Shown piece by piece: positions 26,589-37,900 of a DNA stretch of 64,000 nucleotides. A program made the position numbers and the translations under genes. The notes under the pieces were generated by a model. It did not search any database and was not told the DNA's origin. It saw only the letters and a list, made by a program, of their open reading frames with translations. The stretch's first letter is position 1; the number at the start of each line of letters is the position of its first letter. This DNA comes from Camelus dromedarius (taxonomy: Eukaryota): the NCBI RefSeq assembly GCF_036321535.1, contig NC_087458.1, positions 4,278,001-4,342,000 of the forward strand, in the 5' to 3' direction.

Positions 26589-28026
26589 AAGTTGGTATTC
26601 TTAACAGACAGCAAGTTGAAGTAAGGACTGAAGGAAGAATGGAGAGAACTTTTGACTGGCTTGTTAAATTTACATCTTCTTCCCTTCTTTCACCCCCTAC
26701 TCCCTTCCCTAAAAGCAAACGACTAAGAGAGGAGAACAGTAGGTGAAGGAAGTGATTCTGTGCCTTGTGTGGGAGTAAAGTCAATGCTCAGGTACGGGTG
26801 GGGGGAGCATCAGGTCAGGGAGGCTTGGAAATAGTGTATTTGCTCTGCTGGCTTCTCAGCTACTCATAATTACTAAGATGCTTCTTGTTATCTCAGTCCA
26901 ATTCAGCACATGTCAAGTATGTACAAGTAGCAGTCTGCTTGTGGCGCAGCCTCCATTGATAGCCAGGCTTGAACAGACCCTTCTGGCTGGCTAGGTGGGT
27001 GTCCCCATCTAGTGTATAGTATTTTCAAAAGCTGTTCCATTGTCAATAAACATGCTTTTCTTAAAGGAGGGTAATACCAAAGTCAAGGACATACAAGCCT
27101 CAGTGTTCAACACTAGAATCTCCAGGCAAGCTCTCAAAGCCAATATTTAGGAAATTGAACATCCGCCATGTATTAGGCTGCATGTGGATAATTGCTTTTG
27201 GTAAATACATATAATCAACAAATATTGTGTACATATTAATTATAAAGTACATCTGGCAGTTACCTCATAAGTGTACATATGATCTTTGCTCTTCTGAGAG
27301 AAAAAGAGCAGGGACTTGAAGAGCCTTGAGAAGCAAAGAACCAAAAGTTTTGTTGAATTAAAATCCCAGTGAGAGAAATCATTAGGCATATGGGAAGGCT
27401 GGAAGGGTATTGGAGAGAGAGGAACCTAGATTTCTCTGAAGGGTAATATTCCGAAATGATGGGAAAAAATATGAACTTAGGGCAACTTTCTTAAGATTTT
27501 CTCTCTCTGTAAAAGTGAGCCCTCTACTCCAAGAAGATCAGTAGGTAGAAAATACAAGAGAAGGTGGAAGTGGGAGCAAATCAGTGATAATTACACCTCG
27601 GTAGGATTTGTGCAAGATTCTCATAGGTAACAGAAAGTTACTTAAGACTATAGGGGACCCCGATTAATGTGTGGGGCTCTGCTCCTGTAACCAGTCTTAA
27701 AGTTTAGAAACTTCTTATTATAAAGTAAAATGAGGCTTGAGAGAGAGGCCAGGATCATAAATAATAACAATAGCTTCCATGCTTTTAGCTTTTGCTGCAT
27801 GTCTGGCAGTGAGCTAGGTACTCTGCATACACAAAAACATACCTGTTTTGCAAGTTGTGTGTTATCTTCAGTATATAGATACAGGAAAAAAAAAAACAAA
27901 AAAACAGGCTGTGACTTTGCCCCAAGCCTCTTAGCTTTAAAAATTATTGTTTCCGAAGTTACAGTTTCTACATAGAGTTATTAGTGTTTTTTCCTCTGTA
28001 GTTTGTCCTTTAATCACAATACTAAC

Positions 28027-28148
28027 GGGGAGGGTATAGGTCAGTGGTAGAGTGCTTGCCTAGCAAGCACAAGGTCCTGGGTTCAATCTCCAGTACTGCC
28101 ATTTAAATAAATAAATAAAAACCTAATTACCCCCACCCCCCAAAAAAG
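28027..28148 (+). mobile_element. tRNA-Ala-derived camelid-type SINE
   Basis: ggggagggtataggtcagtggtagagtgcttgcctagcaagcacaaggtcctgggttcaatctccagtactgcca, then (AAAT)n and acctaattaccccc. Pol III A- and B-boxes are recognisable. Confidence 0.88.
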
Positions 28149-28419
28149 AAATTATATTCAGTGCTGTATGTAAATTACATCTCAATAAAAAAACTAAAGG
28201 AAAAAAATTTAAAAACCAATACTATCTCACTTGACTTTGGACAGCTTGATTCATTTCAAGTTGCAGTCAAGAAACTGGGGACTTCTGTAACTTTTCCAAG
28301 CAGTCTTCCCTGCAAAATCCCCAAAGTAAGTTTTACTCCAAAACTAATTCAGGAGGCATCTCCGTGAAGTTACTGGACACCAACATAAGCAAGGAGAGTC
28401 AAAGATAATCTCTTGTGGG

Positions 28420-28870
28420 GAATGGATGGGATCTTTATCTCTACATATGCTAGATATCTTCTGTCTTTCCTTGCAGATTACTCTTCTCCCTCCTGTAGCT
28501 CATTCTCTGAGCTGGAAGGCTAACCTGCATTATCAGTAGGCTCCCTGCACTTTGGCTTCCAGTTGGATTCAGTCAGCAGGGAGCTCTGAGCAGGAGACTG
28601 GATGGAGAGAAAAGACTGAAATCAGTGTTTTGATTTCCCAGGTTCCCTCCCTTGGGGTCACCTGGGCCTAGTTGTACCATTTGATTAAAGGTCACTGCTC
28701 CTCTCAATGCAATCTCGCCTTCTGAGTCCCTGTAACCACTACCTCCTTTTGTCCTTTCAGGCATAAGCCTGTTGCTAGCCTCCAGTTACTGACCTGTCCC
28801 TTGCCAACACTTTTTAAAAAGTAGCCCTTCATTTTGAACATGTCAACTATTTCCTAGTGGAACCCTAACA
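28420..28870 (+). mobile_element. ERVL-type solo LTR (LTR33-like)
   Basis: ggctccctgcactttggcttccagttggattcagtcagcagggag...caggagactggatggagag resembles the recalled LTR33 consensus. Confidence 0.45.
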
Positions 28871-31141
28871 CACACCTGGTAAAGGTAAGTGATCTTTTGG
28901 ATTCATAGAATTCATATTTTACCCATGGACTTCAACCATACTCTCATACATATAACCTTAAATTCTTATGCGTCAACAGTTCTGAAGGGTCAACTGCTGG
29001 ATTAAGTAACAGAGGGTGACTCATACCTATGTGATTTCCCAAGTGTGGGGTGGTGGCATCAAGGAGACATAAATCTGAGAGACAGTAATAGCTCAGGCCC
29101 CTGTGACTTAGCTCCCAAAGAACCCAAGATGCTGAACAGCTTTTCAAGCTTTGTGACTGTGGCACCTTCTGTGCTTCAGGTCCCCAAAGCTTTATACAAG
29201 CTGATGGACTCTGCCTACTGGGGCCCTGGTTTCTCCATAACCTCCCAAGATGCCTCTGAGAAATCAGCTTAGAAGTCCCTCAGGATGACGACTTTATCCT
29301 CTTGTTGGCACATTCTGGTTTGTCTAAAGACAAAGTTTGAGCAGTATCCTAATTTTTAAGAGACTATCAGATTCCTTAATTGGGATCATGTTTATCCCTC
29401 TGTTGTCAATGATAATAATTTCTTCCAATTCATTCCTTAATTTATTATTCACTACTGTCAGGATGAGGTATTTCATGAGTATTAATGAATTATATTCTTG
29501 GTAGTCTATGTTATTTTGGGCAAATAACCGTTTCCCACAAAACGCTTAATTTGAACCTATATATATGGTGCTTTATAAACCCCTGTTGACTTAATGTTCT
29601 TTCCATACTGTACAAAAGAAATTGAGGCATAGAGAAGTAAGTTGAATTGCCAAGGACACCCACAAACCATTAACGGGCAGAGTCAAAGAGCTGTTGCTCT
29701 CACTGCAACGTGGTTGTTTTCACTAGCCCTGAGGAGGTTCTGAGAGCCCAGCTTAGGCACTCCTGGCTAGAGAAGTTGCCATACGTTATAAATACTAATG
29801 ATCAACCTTCACAATAAGTCACAAGAGTCACAAGGTTAAATTTCCATTAATATTTCTCTTTTGGATCTATATTTAAACTTCAGGATCATTTACCCCTTTC
29901 TTTGTGACCACCTTCAGGGCAAGACTCAGGTCTATGAAAGGCGGCAGCCTTAAATTGTTTCTTTGTCCGGGCTTGGTTTGAAGAGGCTAATGAAGTCAGG
30001 TGATTGGAAAGCTTCTGACCTCCTTCCTTGCTCTCCTCCACTATCTAGAAATTAGCAATGATTTCAAAATATCTTGGTTTAAGTAAGGCACTCAGTGAGG
30101 GGAAAACTGAGATCTAAAGGACCTCGCCTATCTGGTGAAACAAGCTCCAAGCAAAAAAGAGGGTAGACGCTGGAGGACAGAATTTGGCAGAACAAGTTAA
30201 CCCAGGTGTAATAAGTGTTCAGAAGGCATTTAAAAACCTTGAGGGTAAAATCTATAAATGAATGTTACAAGGATACAAAGGGAAACGGGTTGCTGAGAAG
30301 CAGCAAATCACAGATAGGAATAGCCTAAGTGTGAGTTTGGAGGAACCACCGTTTCACAAGATACCAGTATTTTCTTCTTAGGAAAACGTTTTTACATATA
30401 TTATCGTACTTGAACCTCTCAACCCCATTTTTCAGATGAGGAAACAGAGGCTTAGATTAGAGCTCTGGCTAGGCAGGATCACAAGAAGTAAAGGTTGGCG
30501 CTATAAACCATTTTAGGGTACTTCACAAAATTGTTCCCAGCGGATTCCCACCGAAGGCTTTTAGGCAAAGAATGGAGAGAGGGGCTGGCGAGGCTTCCTT
30601 CGCTGTAGGGCGTTGTCTGGCCTCCAGGCTACGCCAGCGGGAGGGCAGCCTAGGGCTCCAACCGGGCGGACACTCCGGCCTCACGGGGGTGAAAAACGGA
30701 ACTTGTAAATCCGTAAAGACATGCAACCGCCTGCGCGAGGCCTTAAGTGTCCTCAGCTCAAGGTAGTGGGTGGGACAGGCCGTCCTGTTCTCCCCTCTCA
30801 TTGGCCCTCGGGAGTAACAAACAGGTGTCTGCAGCCAGCCCAGGCCAGAGGACCACCAGGACACACGCTGGCTGATCCTCCGCGCGTGGGGCTGAGCGCG
30901 GTCCCGGAGGAGGCTACGCATGCGTGCAATGAGAGAACGCTTCTCAATACCCTTCTCGCTCTGCGAAGAGGAACTGCTCCTTAGGGAACTAATGGGGCAA
31001 ACCTCTGCCTCCAGGAGGAGTGAAGCCTTTGCTGGTTTTTTTGCAGCCGATCCCTCATGCGACCCAGGCTCTTCCAGCTAAATTCTCTTTATAACAAGGT
31101 TTCCTGATGCGAAACTTAATTCACTTACGCTGCAGCTTCAT

Positions 31142-31147
31142 TTTATT
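31142..31147 (-). terminator. SEMA6C: Probable SEMA6C polyadenylation signal
   Basis: TTTATT on + (AATAAA on -), about 800 nt after the SEMA6C stop codon. Confidence 0.65.
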
Positions 31148-31941
31148 TCTCCAAAAATACCCTCCTCCTACCCCACAGAGCAGGTTACGAAAAAGGCCGT
31201 CTTACCTCGACCCAGAAACATGCTCCCAGTGCCCTCCCTAACCCCACCTAAATTCTACCCTGGGTCTCCTGGGCCCTGGTTCATCTCCAAGCACCATTTC
31301 TTTGCTTGCCTCCTTCAGGAAACCTTTCCTGATTAACCCCGGTGGGACCGCAGCCATCCCAATTACTGGGGAGAGAGCTCAAGGCCAAGACGAAGGCAGA
31401 GATTCTGGGGCAAAGGTGCTCAGAGCAGCCTACTGATTCCCACCCTGCCCCGCCCCCTCCGCGAGAAAAGTCAGGCAGCGATTGGGGGACACAGCTGTAT
31501 TGGGAAGCGGAGGCTCCTACACGGTAGGAGAGGCACGTCCCGGGAGGACGCTGTACACAACGCGCGTGGCCCAGCCCCGTCAGTCCGCCGTGCGGCCCGC
31601 CCGGGGCCCAGTCTGTGGAGGAAGCCCGGAGGGGCGAGTTAAGGCAGCTTGGCTGAGGTGGGGGGAGTGGGAGTGTGCCAGTTCCCCCCGAAAAGCTGGC
31701 TCACTGAGGGGGCGAGATTCTCACCTCCCACTCCTCTCTCGAGGACAGGGGGAAAGAGTCGGCAGTCAATAAATAAGTCCGAGGCGGGCAGAGACCCTGG
31801 GAGACTCTCAGAGTCCAGGAAGGCTGGAGGTGTGGAACAAGGAGAGAGGGAGGGGACCTGTCCTTGGAGACATGCCCACGCTCAAGGCCTTCGAGGGCGT
31901 GGGCGTCAGGGGTCCCACTTGAGGCCTTGGAGCAGCTCCCT

Positions 31942-34900
31942 TTAAAAGTTAAAATGGCTGCCGTTAGGGACGGCCTGCTGGGAAGAGGGTCCGACGAGGG
32001 CAGGCTTAGAGGGCACCTGGCACTTCTCGACGTCCACCCTCTTCAGGGCGCGGCCTCGGCACCCCTCCGGCCGGCCCAGGTACAAGAGGTGTCTCCCGGC
32101 ACCCCCGGAGTACCTGGAGGGGCCTCCGGAGGGGACTCGGGTGAGCAGCGCGGGGGGGGCGCGGTGCGTGGAGAAGGGCAACCTCCGGCTGCCGCCGACC
32201 CCGAGCCGCGGAGCCGGGGCGGAGAGCGCAGGCCGGGCGGCGGGGGCCGGGCACTTGCCCTCCGGGGGCACGTCCAGCCTCCGAGGCGGGGCACAGTCAC
32301 GCGGAAGCAGGCTGGAGCCCGCAAAGGGGGTGGGGGTGGGGGCAGGCTCGGGCGGGAGCGCCCGCGAGGTGAAAGGGGCCGCGGCCGGGGACTCGGCCTC
32401 CTTCCTGGGCGGCTGCGGGCCGTGCAGGTAGCGCAGCAGTTCCTCCAGGGTGGTGACCTCCACGGCCTGCCCGGGACAGCCGGGCGGCGGCGGCCTCACC
32501 AGCACGCGCGGCGCCGGTCCGCCCGCAGCATTCCCGCCCCGGGCGCGGCGCCGGTCCTCCTTGGCGTTGTTCCCATTCTGGTTCCACTCCCAGGGACCCC
32601 CGGCGTGGCGGAGGTGCTTGACCGGCAGCTCCGGCGTGGACTCCGGGGTGGGCAGGCAGGCCAGCTCTGGCGAGGGCACGGCCTCGGGAGGAGGCAGGAA
32701 GGTGGTGTAGAGCTGGGGCGTCTGCGCCCCGTCTCCGTCCTTGGACGGTGGTGGCGGCTCCGGGCCCGCCCCGTGCAGCCGGGCTAAGCTGCGAAGGGAG
32801 AGAGGGCGCGGGAGCCCCGGAGTCTCGATGTCTTTGCTCCGACGTCGGTGGGCGCGGCGACAAGCGCAGGAGACCAGGAGGCCAGAGACCGAGGCGCCCA
32901 AGGCGAAGGCTGCAGCCACACAGGCCAGAAGAAGTGGGATGGGGACGGAGCGGGAGGCTGAGGCTGGGGGCAGATCCCGGCGCACGCCTGCCGACCGAGA
33001 GGGAGGAGGGGGCTCAGCGAAGGTAGGCCGGGGCGGGATGGCGAGCTCCGCAGTGTCACGCTCTCCTGCTGCTGCTCAGCTTCAATCCAACGCAGCCTTG
33101 ACCCTCTTGAGGAATCACCTCCCCCCTGGCCTCTCAACACACACAGCCCATCGAACTGCCCCTCACACACAAGCTAGAGCTTGGGCCTGGGGAGTCCCCG
33201 TCCCAGCTCCGGCCCCTGTAGCCATGCCAAGAACAACTGCAAACTGTGCCGGTGCCGAAGAAGGGGCTCTAGGGAGAGGAGGCTTCAAAACAGGCATTAT
33301 TAGTGAGCACCAAACAACGGTCAGTGAGAGGCTTAGAATTCTTCAAGAATCAGCAGCCCCACACTTCACTCCTGTCCCTCCCAGTCAGCCCCCTTACCCT
33401 GAGTGTGAGCTCCAAGGGTGGAAGACTGGGGCCGGGGGTGGGCATCACTTGGGGGGCTGGGGGTCTCAGGGGAAGGGCCAGGACCCAGAAGCACTGGTGA
33501 CAGAGACCAGGTCAGAGCTAGAGAGGTTTCTGCTCTCCACCTCTGACACCCATTGAGCAGGTCCCCCACTCTCCCGCTTTGGAACCCAAAAGTCCAGAAC
33601 TGCAGCCCCCACTTTCCTCTGGGAATGGGGAAGGGCTCCCCATGCAGGATATTTCATTTATTTGTTCAAAACCTGTCTATTAAGCACCTTATTATGTGCC
33701 AAGCACTGAGCTACATGCTAGGTATTTGGAGGATGTAACCCTTTTCTGAGACTCTCTAAGTGTCCAGGGTGCTGGTTTGCTGCTGCCATGGGGCACAGAC
33801 TTGGGTGAGTGTGGGCTGAATGAGGAAAGGTGGAGCTGGGACCGTAGAACTCACCATAAGCAGAATCCCCTGTGCCAGACTGACTCCCAGTAGCTCCATC
33901 TATGAAGAAGGGAGAGAGAGGGTGAAGATGGAGAGCAGGGGGAAGCTTCATGCAGAACTGATGGGCATAACTGTGTCACAGGAGGAGAGAAAGACAAAAG
34001 CCCACATCAGAGCAGTGCTCAACAATGGCTGCAGCTGCCCCTGGCCCTTCTGTTTACCTTGGCAGTCATCATGCTCCATGGATTCCTGGTTCCCAGCTGG
34101 ATCCACATCAGTCCTAAGAGGACATGGTGGTGGCTCAGAGCGGTTATACATCTTGCCCCCATCCCCTACCCTGGCCCTCAGCTTCCTCTCTGAGTAGCAG
34201 GGAACTTTCTCCTCAGGAGATCTGGGGGCCCCTCACTTACCCACCAGGTCCCCTGATATCCACACAGCCTCTGGAGCTATCCCATCCACAGTATGGGTCC
34301 TGAGAAGCCAGACAGCTCCTAGAGAAAACTGAGTCATGTGAGGCTGGGACCCTCTAATCACATTCCATTCCCCTGCCTCATCTACTCTCACCCAGTCCCT
34401 AGTCCAGTCCCTGGTTACTGCCCACCTGCAGAATGCTTGAGACATCCCCCACAGCCATCCCCTGCATCTCCCTGTCACCCCCATGCCTCTGCTCCTTTGT
34501 GCCTGCTGGCCCAGGGAGCCCACCTTCAGGGCCTGAGCTCAGGTCCCTCTCACCTCCGACAGGCTCCATGCCTGGCACACCGACTAAGAGGGAGGTAGAT
34601 GATGCAGCCAGAGAAAGCCACAAACAGCCTGTGACCTTCAGTGTCCAGCTCCAGCCCTATGACCCGCCTTGCAGTTTGGGCTGCCCGCTTCCCACTGCAC
34701 CTAGGGTGAGGCCAGAAGGAATCAGATATGTGGCAGATGAGGCTTCTTTCTCCGTGGGTGAGTTAAAAAACAGAGGTAGGGAGGTGTACAAGCAACTGAG
34801 TACAACTCATAGGGTTGGGGTTCGTGAATGGACACGCTGCCCCAACACACTGTCTGGCTTCTTGCCATGCCGCTCTTTCTTCCCCACAACTTCCAATGTT

Positions 34901-37900
34901 GGAGTTCCCACCCCACCTCCATATCCCGAAGTACCACCTCACAGCCCATCCCATCCCTGCTCTGCAGGGGGCCTGCTGGACAAAGGGCTCACCTGGAGGG
35001 GCTGTAGGCATCAATCTCTTCCAACAGAATGGGCTCCTGGCCCCCAGATTGCCCTCCTGGGGGCAGCACCTTCAGCACTGTCCCATCATTGGAGCCGAGG
35101 AACAGGACTGTAGTATTACTGTAGGGACCAGCCATGCCATCCACAGCTACTTGGGTCAGTAGGGCCCTGGAGGGACAGGCCTCAGGTCAGGACAACCTGA
35201 CCAATGGAAGCTTGGGTGTTTCAAGGACAGCCCATGTGTCCGGGTAGCCACTTCTGGGCCCTTCCCCCAGCCCAGGGTTTCCTTCTTAGCCCTCTCCCTT
35301 CCACTTTCATGGGTTCTTCCTCCTACCAATATGATTTACCTTGTGGGGTCAAAGAAAGAGAATGGCTGGGTGGGGGAGGGCAGTGGTCAGTGTTTTTTAG
35401 CCCCATACCTGCTGGTGAGGGTGAGCAGAGGTTGATGGGTGGCAGGTGGCACGGCAGGGTCCAGGAGTGGGTGAGCCTTGATGAAGGTCAGGACATCATC
35501 AGGGAGGTCTCGAGAAGAGGGGAACAGGGCAGCTACACCTACTCCTGCACAGGATCCTGGCCTGGTGGACACATAAGAAGAGGCAGCCTTAGAGCAGGGA
35601 GCTGGGGCTGAGTTAGGCTTTGTGACCACCGCTGGCCCACTGCTCCCAGACATGATTGGTAACCCTTGCTCTGCCTATACGCATACACCCCCAGTACTGC
35701 TTCCCTTCCCTGCTGCAGGTCTCTAGTCCCACCAGCCCCATCCCCAGGCCTTGGATCCTCTCTTCCTAATCCCATTTGGGGAGCAGGCACTGCTTGCTTC
35801 TGCCCCTACAAAAGCCACCCCCATCCAGGGTACCTGGGGGAGGGGACCCTGTCCTCAGACACAGGGGTCCAGGCCCCATCCAGACTCCTCTGCTCCTTGA
35901 ACTTGCCCTCAAACCCACGCTCAATATCATCCAGGTAGAAGGCACAGACCGCAGAGCCAGGGATGCTGAAGGAGCCAGAAGAGAAAGTAGGCTAGGTGTT
36001 GGAAGGGACAGCACAGCTCCTCCCAAGTGAGACATGGCAGCTCCCCTTCATACACCACATTAGGGGGGAGCCCGAGAGGGTGGGGCAGCCCCTGGGGCCA
36101 TGCTGGGAGAAAAAGAACAAACTAGGCTGAACAGCAAACTGGCTTTAAATGGAGCTTCTCCTCACCACCCTCATCAACAGGCTTTAAGAGGGGAATTTGG
36201 ATGCTGGTGGGGCAGGGGACAGATCGAGCCACATTAGTCTAGTACCAACCTATTGGTCTGGGTGGTAAAGACCCCAAAGACAGCAGAGTGGCCATACAAG
36301 TTCACAGGCCCAGTCAAGGCCTGTAAGACGTCAAAATAGAAGGTAGAGTCCCCAGGGACAGAGCAGTTGAGCCGCAGCTTCAGGAAGGATGTCCAGTGGC
36401 GGTCCAAGGCCCGAGGTGAGCCACCCATGTCACGCTTACACACACGGGCCACACGTGAGAACTGCACCTGGGGAACGAGAGTCAGGGACGAGGAGGATGG
36501 CAAGAGGGAACCCAGGGCCTGCCAGCTGAGAGCAGTGCGGTGAGTTAGAGCACCAAGAGACAAATGTTAGAGGCCAGCAAAGGAACAGTATGGTGTGGTC
36601 GGCCAATCTGGGTCAAAGATGAGGGGCACAGCAGGATGTGGGGGCAGAGGCCTGGGGCTTCTCCAGGTTGGGGCTCAGAATCAGGAGATAAAGGTCGGGA
36701 GCGGTCCCCTGACTGACTGGCTCCTCAGAGTCCGGCAGAGCCCTCTAGCTGCCCACCCCCGATGCCCAGCTCCTTACCCTCCCTAGGCGGGCGTCCTCCA
36801 CAGACACCTCTCGGAAGAAGAAGTAGACATGTTCTCCATGCTCCAAAGCATGGACAAAGTGTGGCTCTGAGGGGGAGTGACAGGAAGCGTACAGAAGAGT
36901 ATGTATTACCTGCTCAGAAACTCCTGGCCCCACACAGCCTCTCCCCCTTGCACACATGCACACCCTTCCACCTTCTGCCTGCTCCCTGCCACAGTTCTCC
37001 CCCTGCACCTCCTCCCCAAGAGCAGCCTCCCTCCCCTAGGCCCGCCCTGACCTCGGAGCCACTTGGAGTCGTACTTGGCGGAGCGGAGTGGGGGCTGAGG
37101 CCCAAGGCTTCTGTAAACCACAGCATCACTGGCCTGGAAATCCGCAGCTGTGGCTGAGTACAGGCTGCCCTCTGGAGGGGTGGGTAGGATGGGGTCAGGG
37201 GAGGCCTCAGGGATCCGTATCTTGGCTCTTCTTGGGTTTCCCACACCCCTACCTCCGCCTGACCCTGGCCCCTACCTCAACCCTCCACTCAGGAGCATGG
37301 GAAAGACCCAACTGGGAGAGGGGCTAAGGTGGGAGTTCCCTCCAGCCACATGCCTGCTTCTCACACGCCCAGGTGCACACCTGCAAAGACGGCCACATTG
37401 GACTGGGTGGCATCAAAGGGGCATCGAGCCTGCCCACTCAGCTCCTCACCCTCCTGCTGCAGCGAAGTTATCTGAAGGCAGAGGGAGCAGGTTCTTGGGG
37501 CTTTGGGAGTGTGGCTCCATAGCCCACTCCTTCATGTCCCCTTACCTCCTTCCCCCACCCCTTCTGGACTCCTGCACTTTGGGCACCCCGTTCCCCCAGC
37601 CCTGCTGGTCCATCCCCACCAAACTGATCACCCAGCTTGGGTTCTCCTCCCTCCGGTCCTGATGCCCCACCCTCGCTTTTGTACCCCATAGCTGCGGCAC
37701 ATAGGGCTGAAGGAGTTCGTTCCACAGGCAAGGAGTGTCTGGGAGTCCCAGGGAACAAGGACACGAATGTAGTTGTAGCACTCGTCCTAGAGAACCCAAA
37801 GTTCTAGGTCAGTAACAGGGCTCCTGGGGAGTGGGGCGGGGGTCACAGGAAGTAAGGCTATTCTCCTTGAGCCGTCAGAGTAATGTGGGGTAAAGTCCCA

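Noticed and set aside
28027-28100. Apparent tRNA-Ala genes (also at 47325-47443, 56705-56838, 57021-57147 and 62885-63019)
   Set aside because: Extra 5' G's, stem mismatches and a shared A-rich family tail identify them as SINEs, not tRNA genes.
31864-32787. 307-codon + strand ORF (277 aa from the ATG at 31954) antisense to the SEMA6C last exon
   Set aside because: It is codon-aligned with the sense frame, which stays open in GC3-rich genes because TTA, CTA and TCA codons are rare. The product is low-complexity G/R/A/P, and the + strand AATAAA at 31768 would probably end any antisense RNA before it.
32741-33556. 271-codon + strand ORF
   Set aside because: Non-ATG start, overlaps SEMA6C antisense in GC-rich sequence, and shows no recognisable domain.
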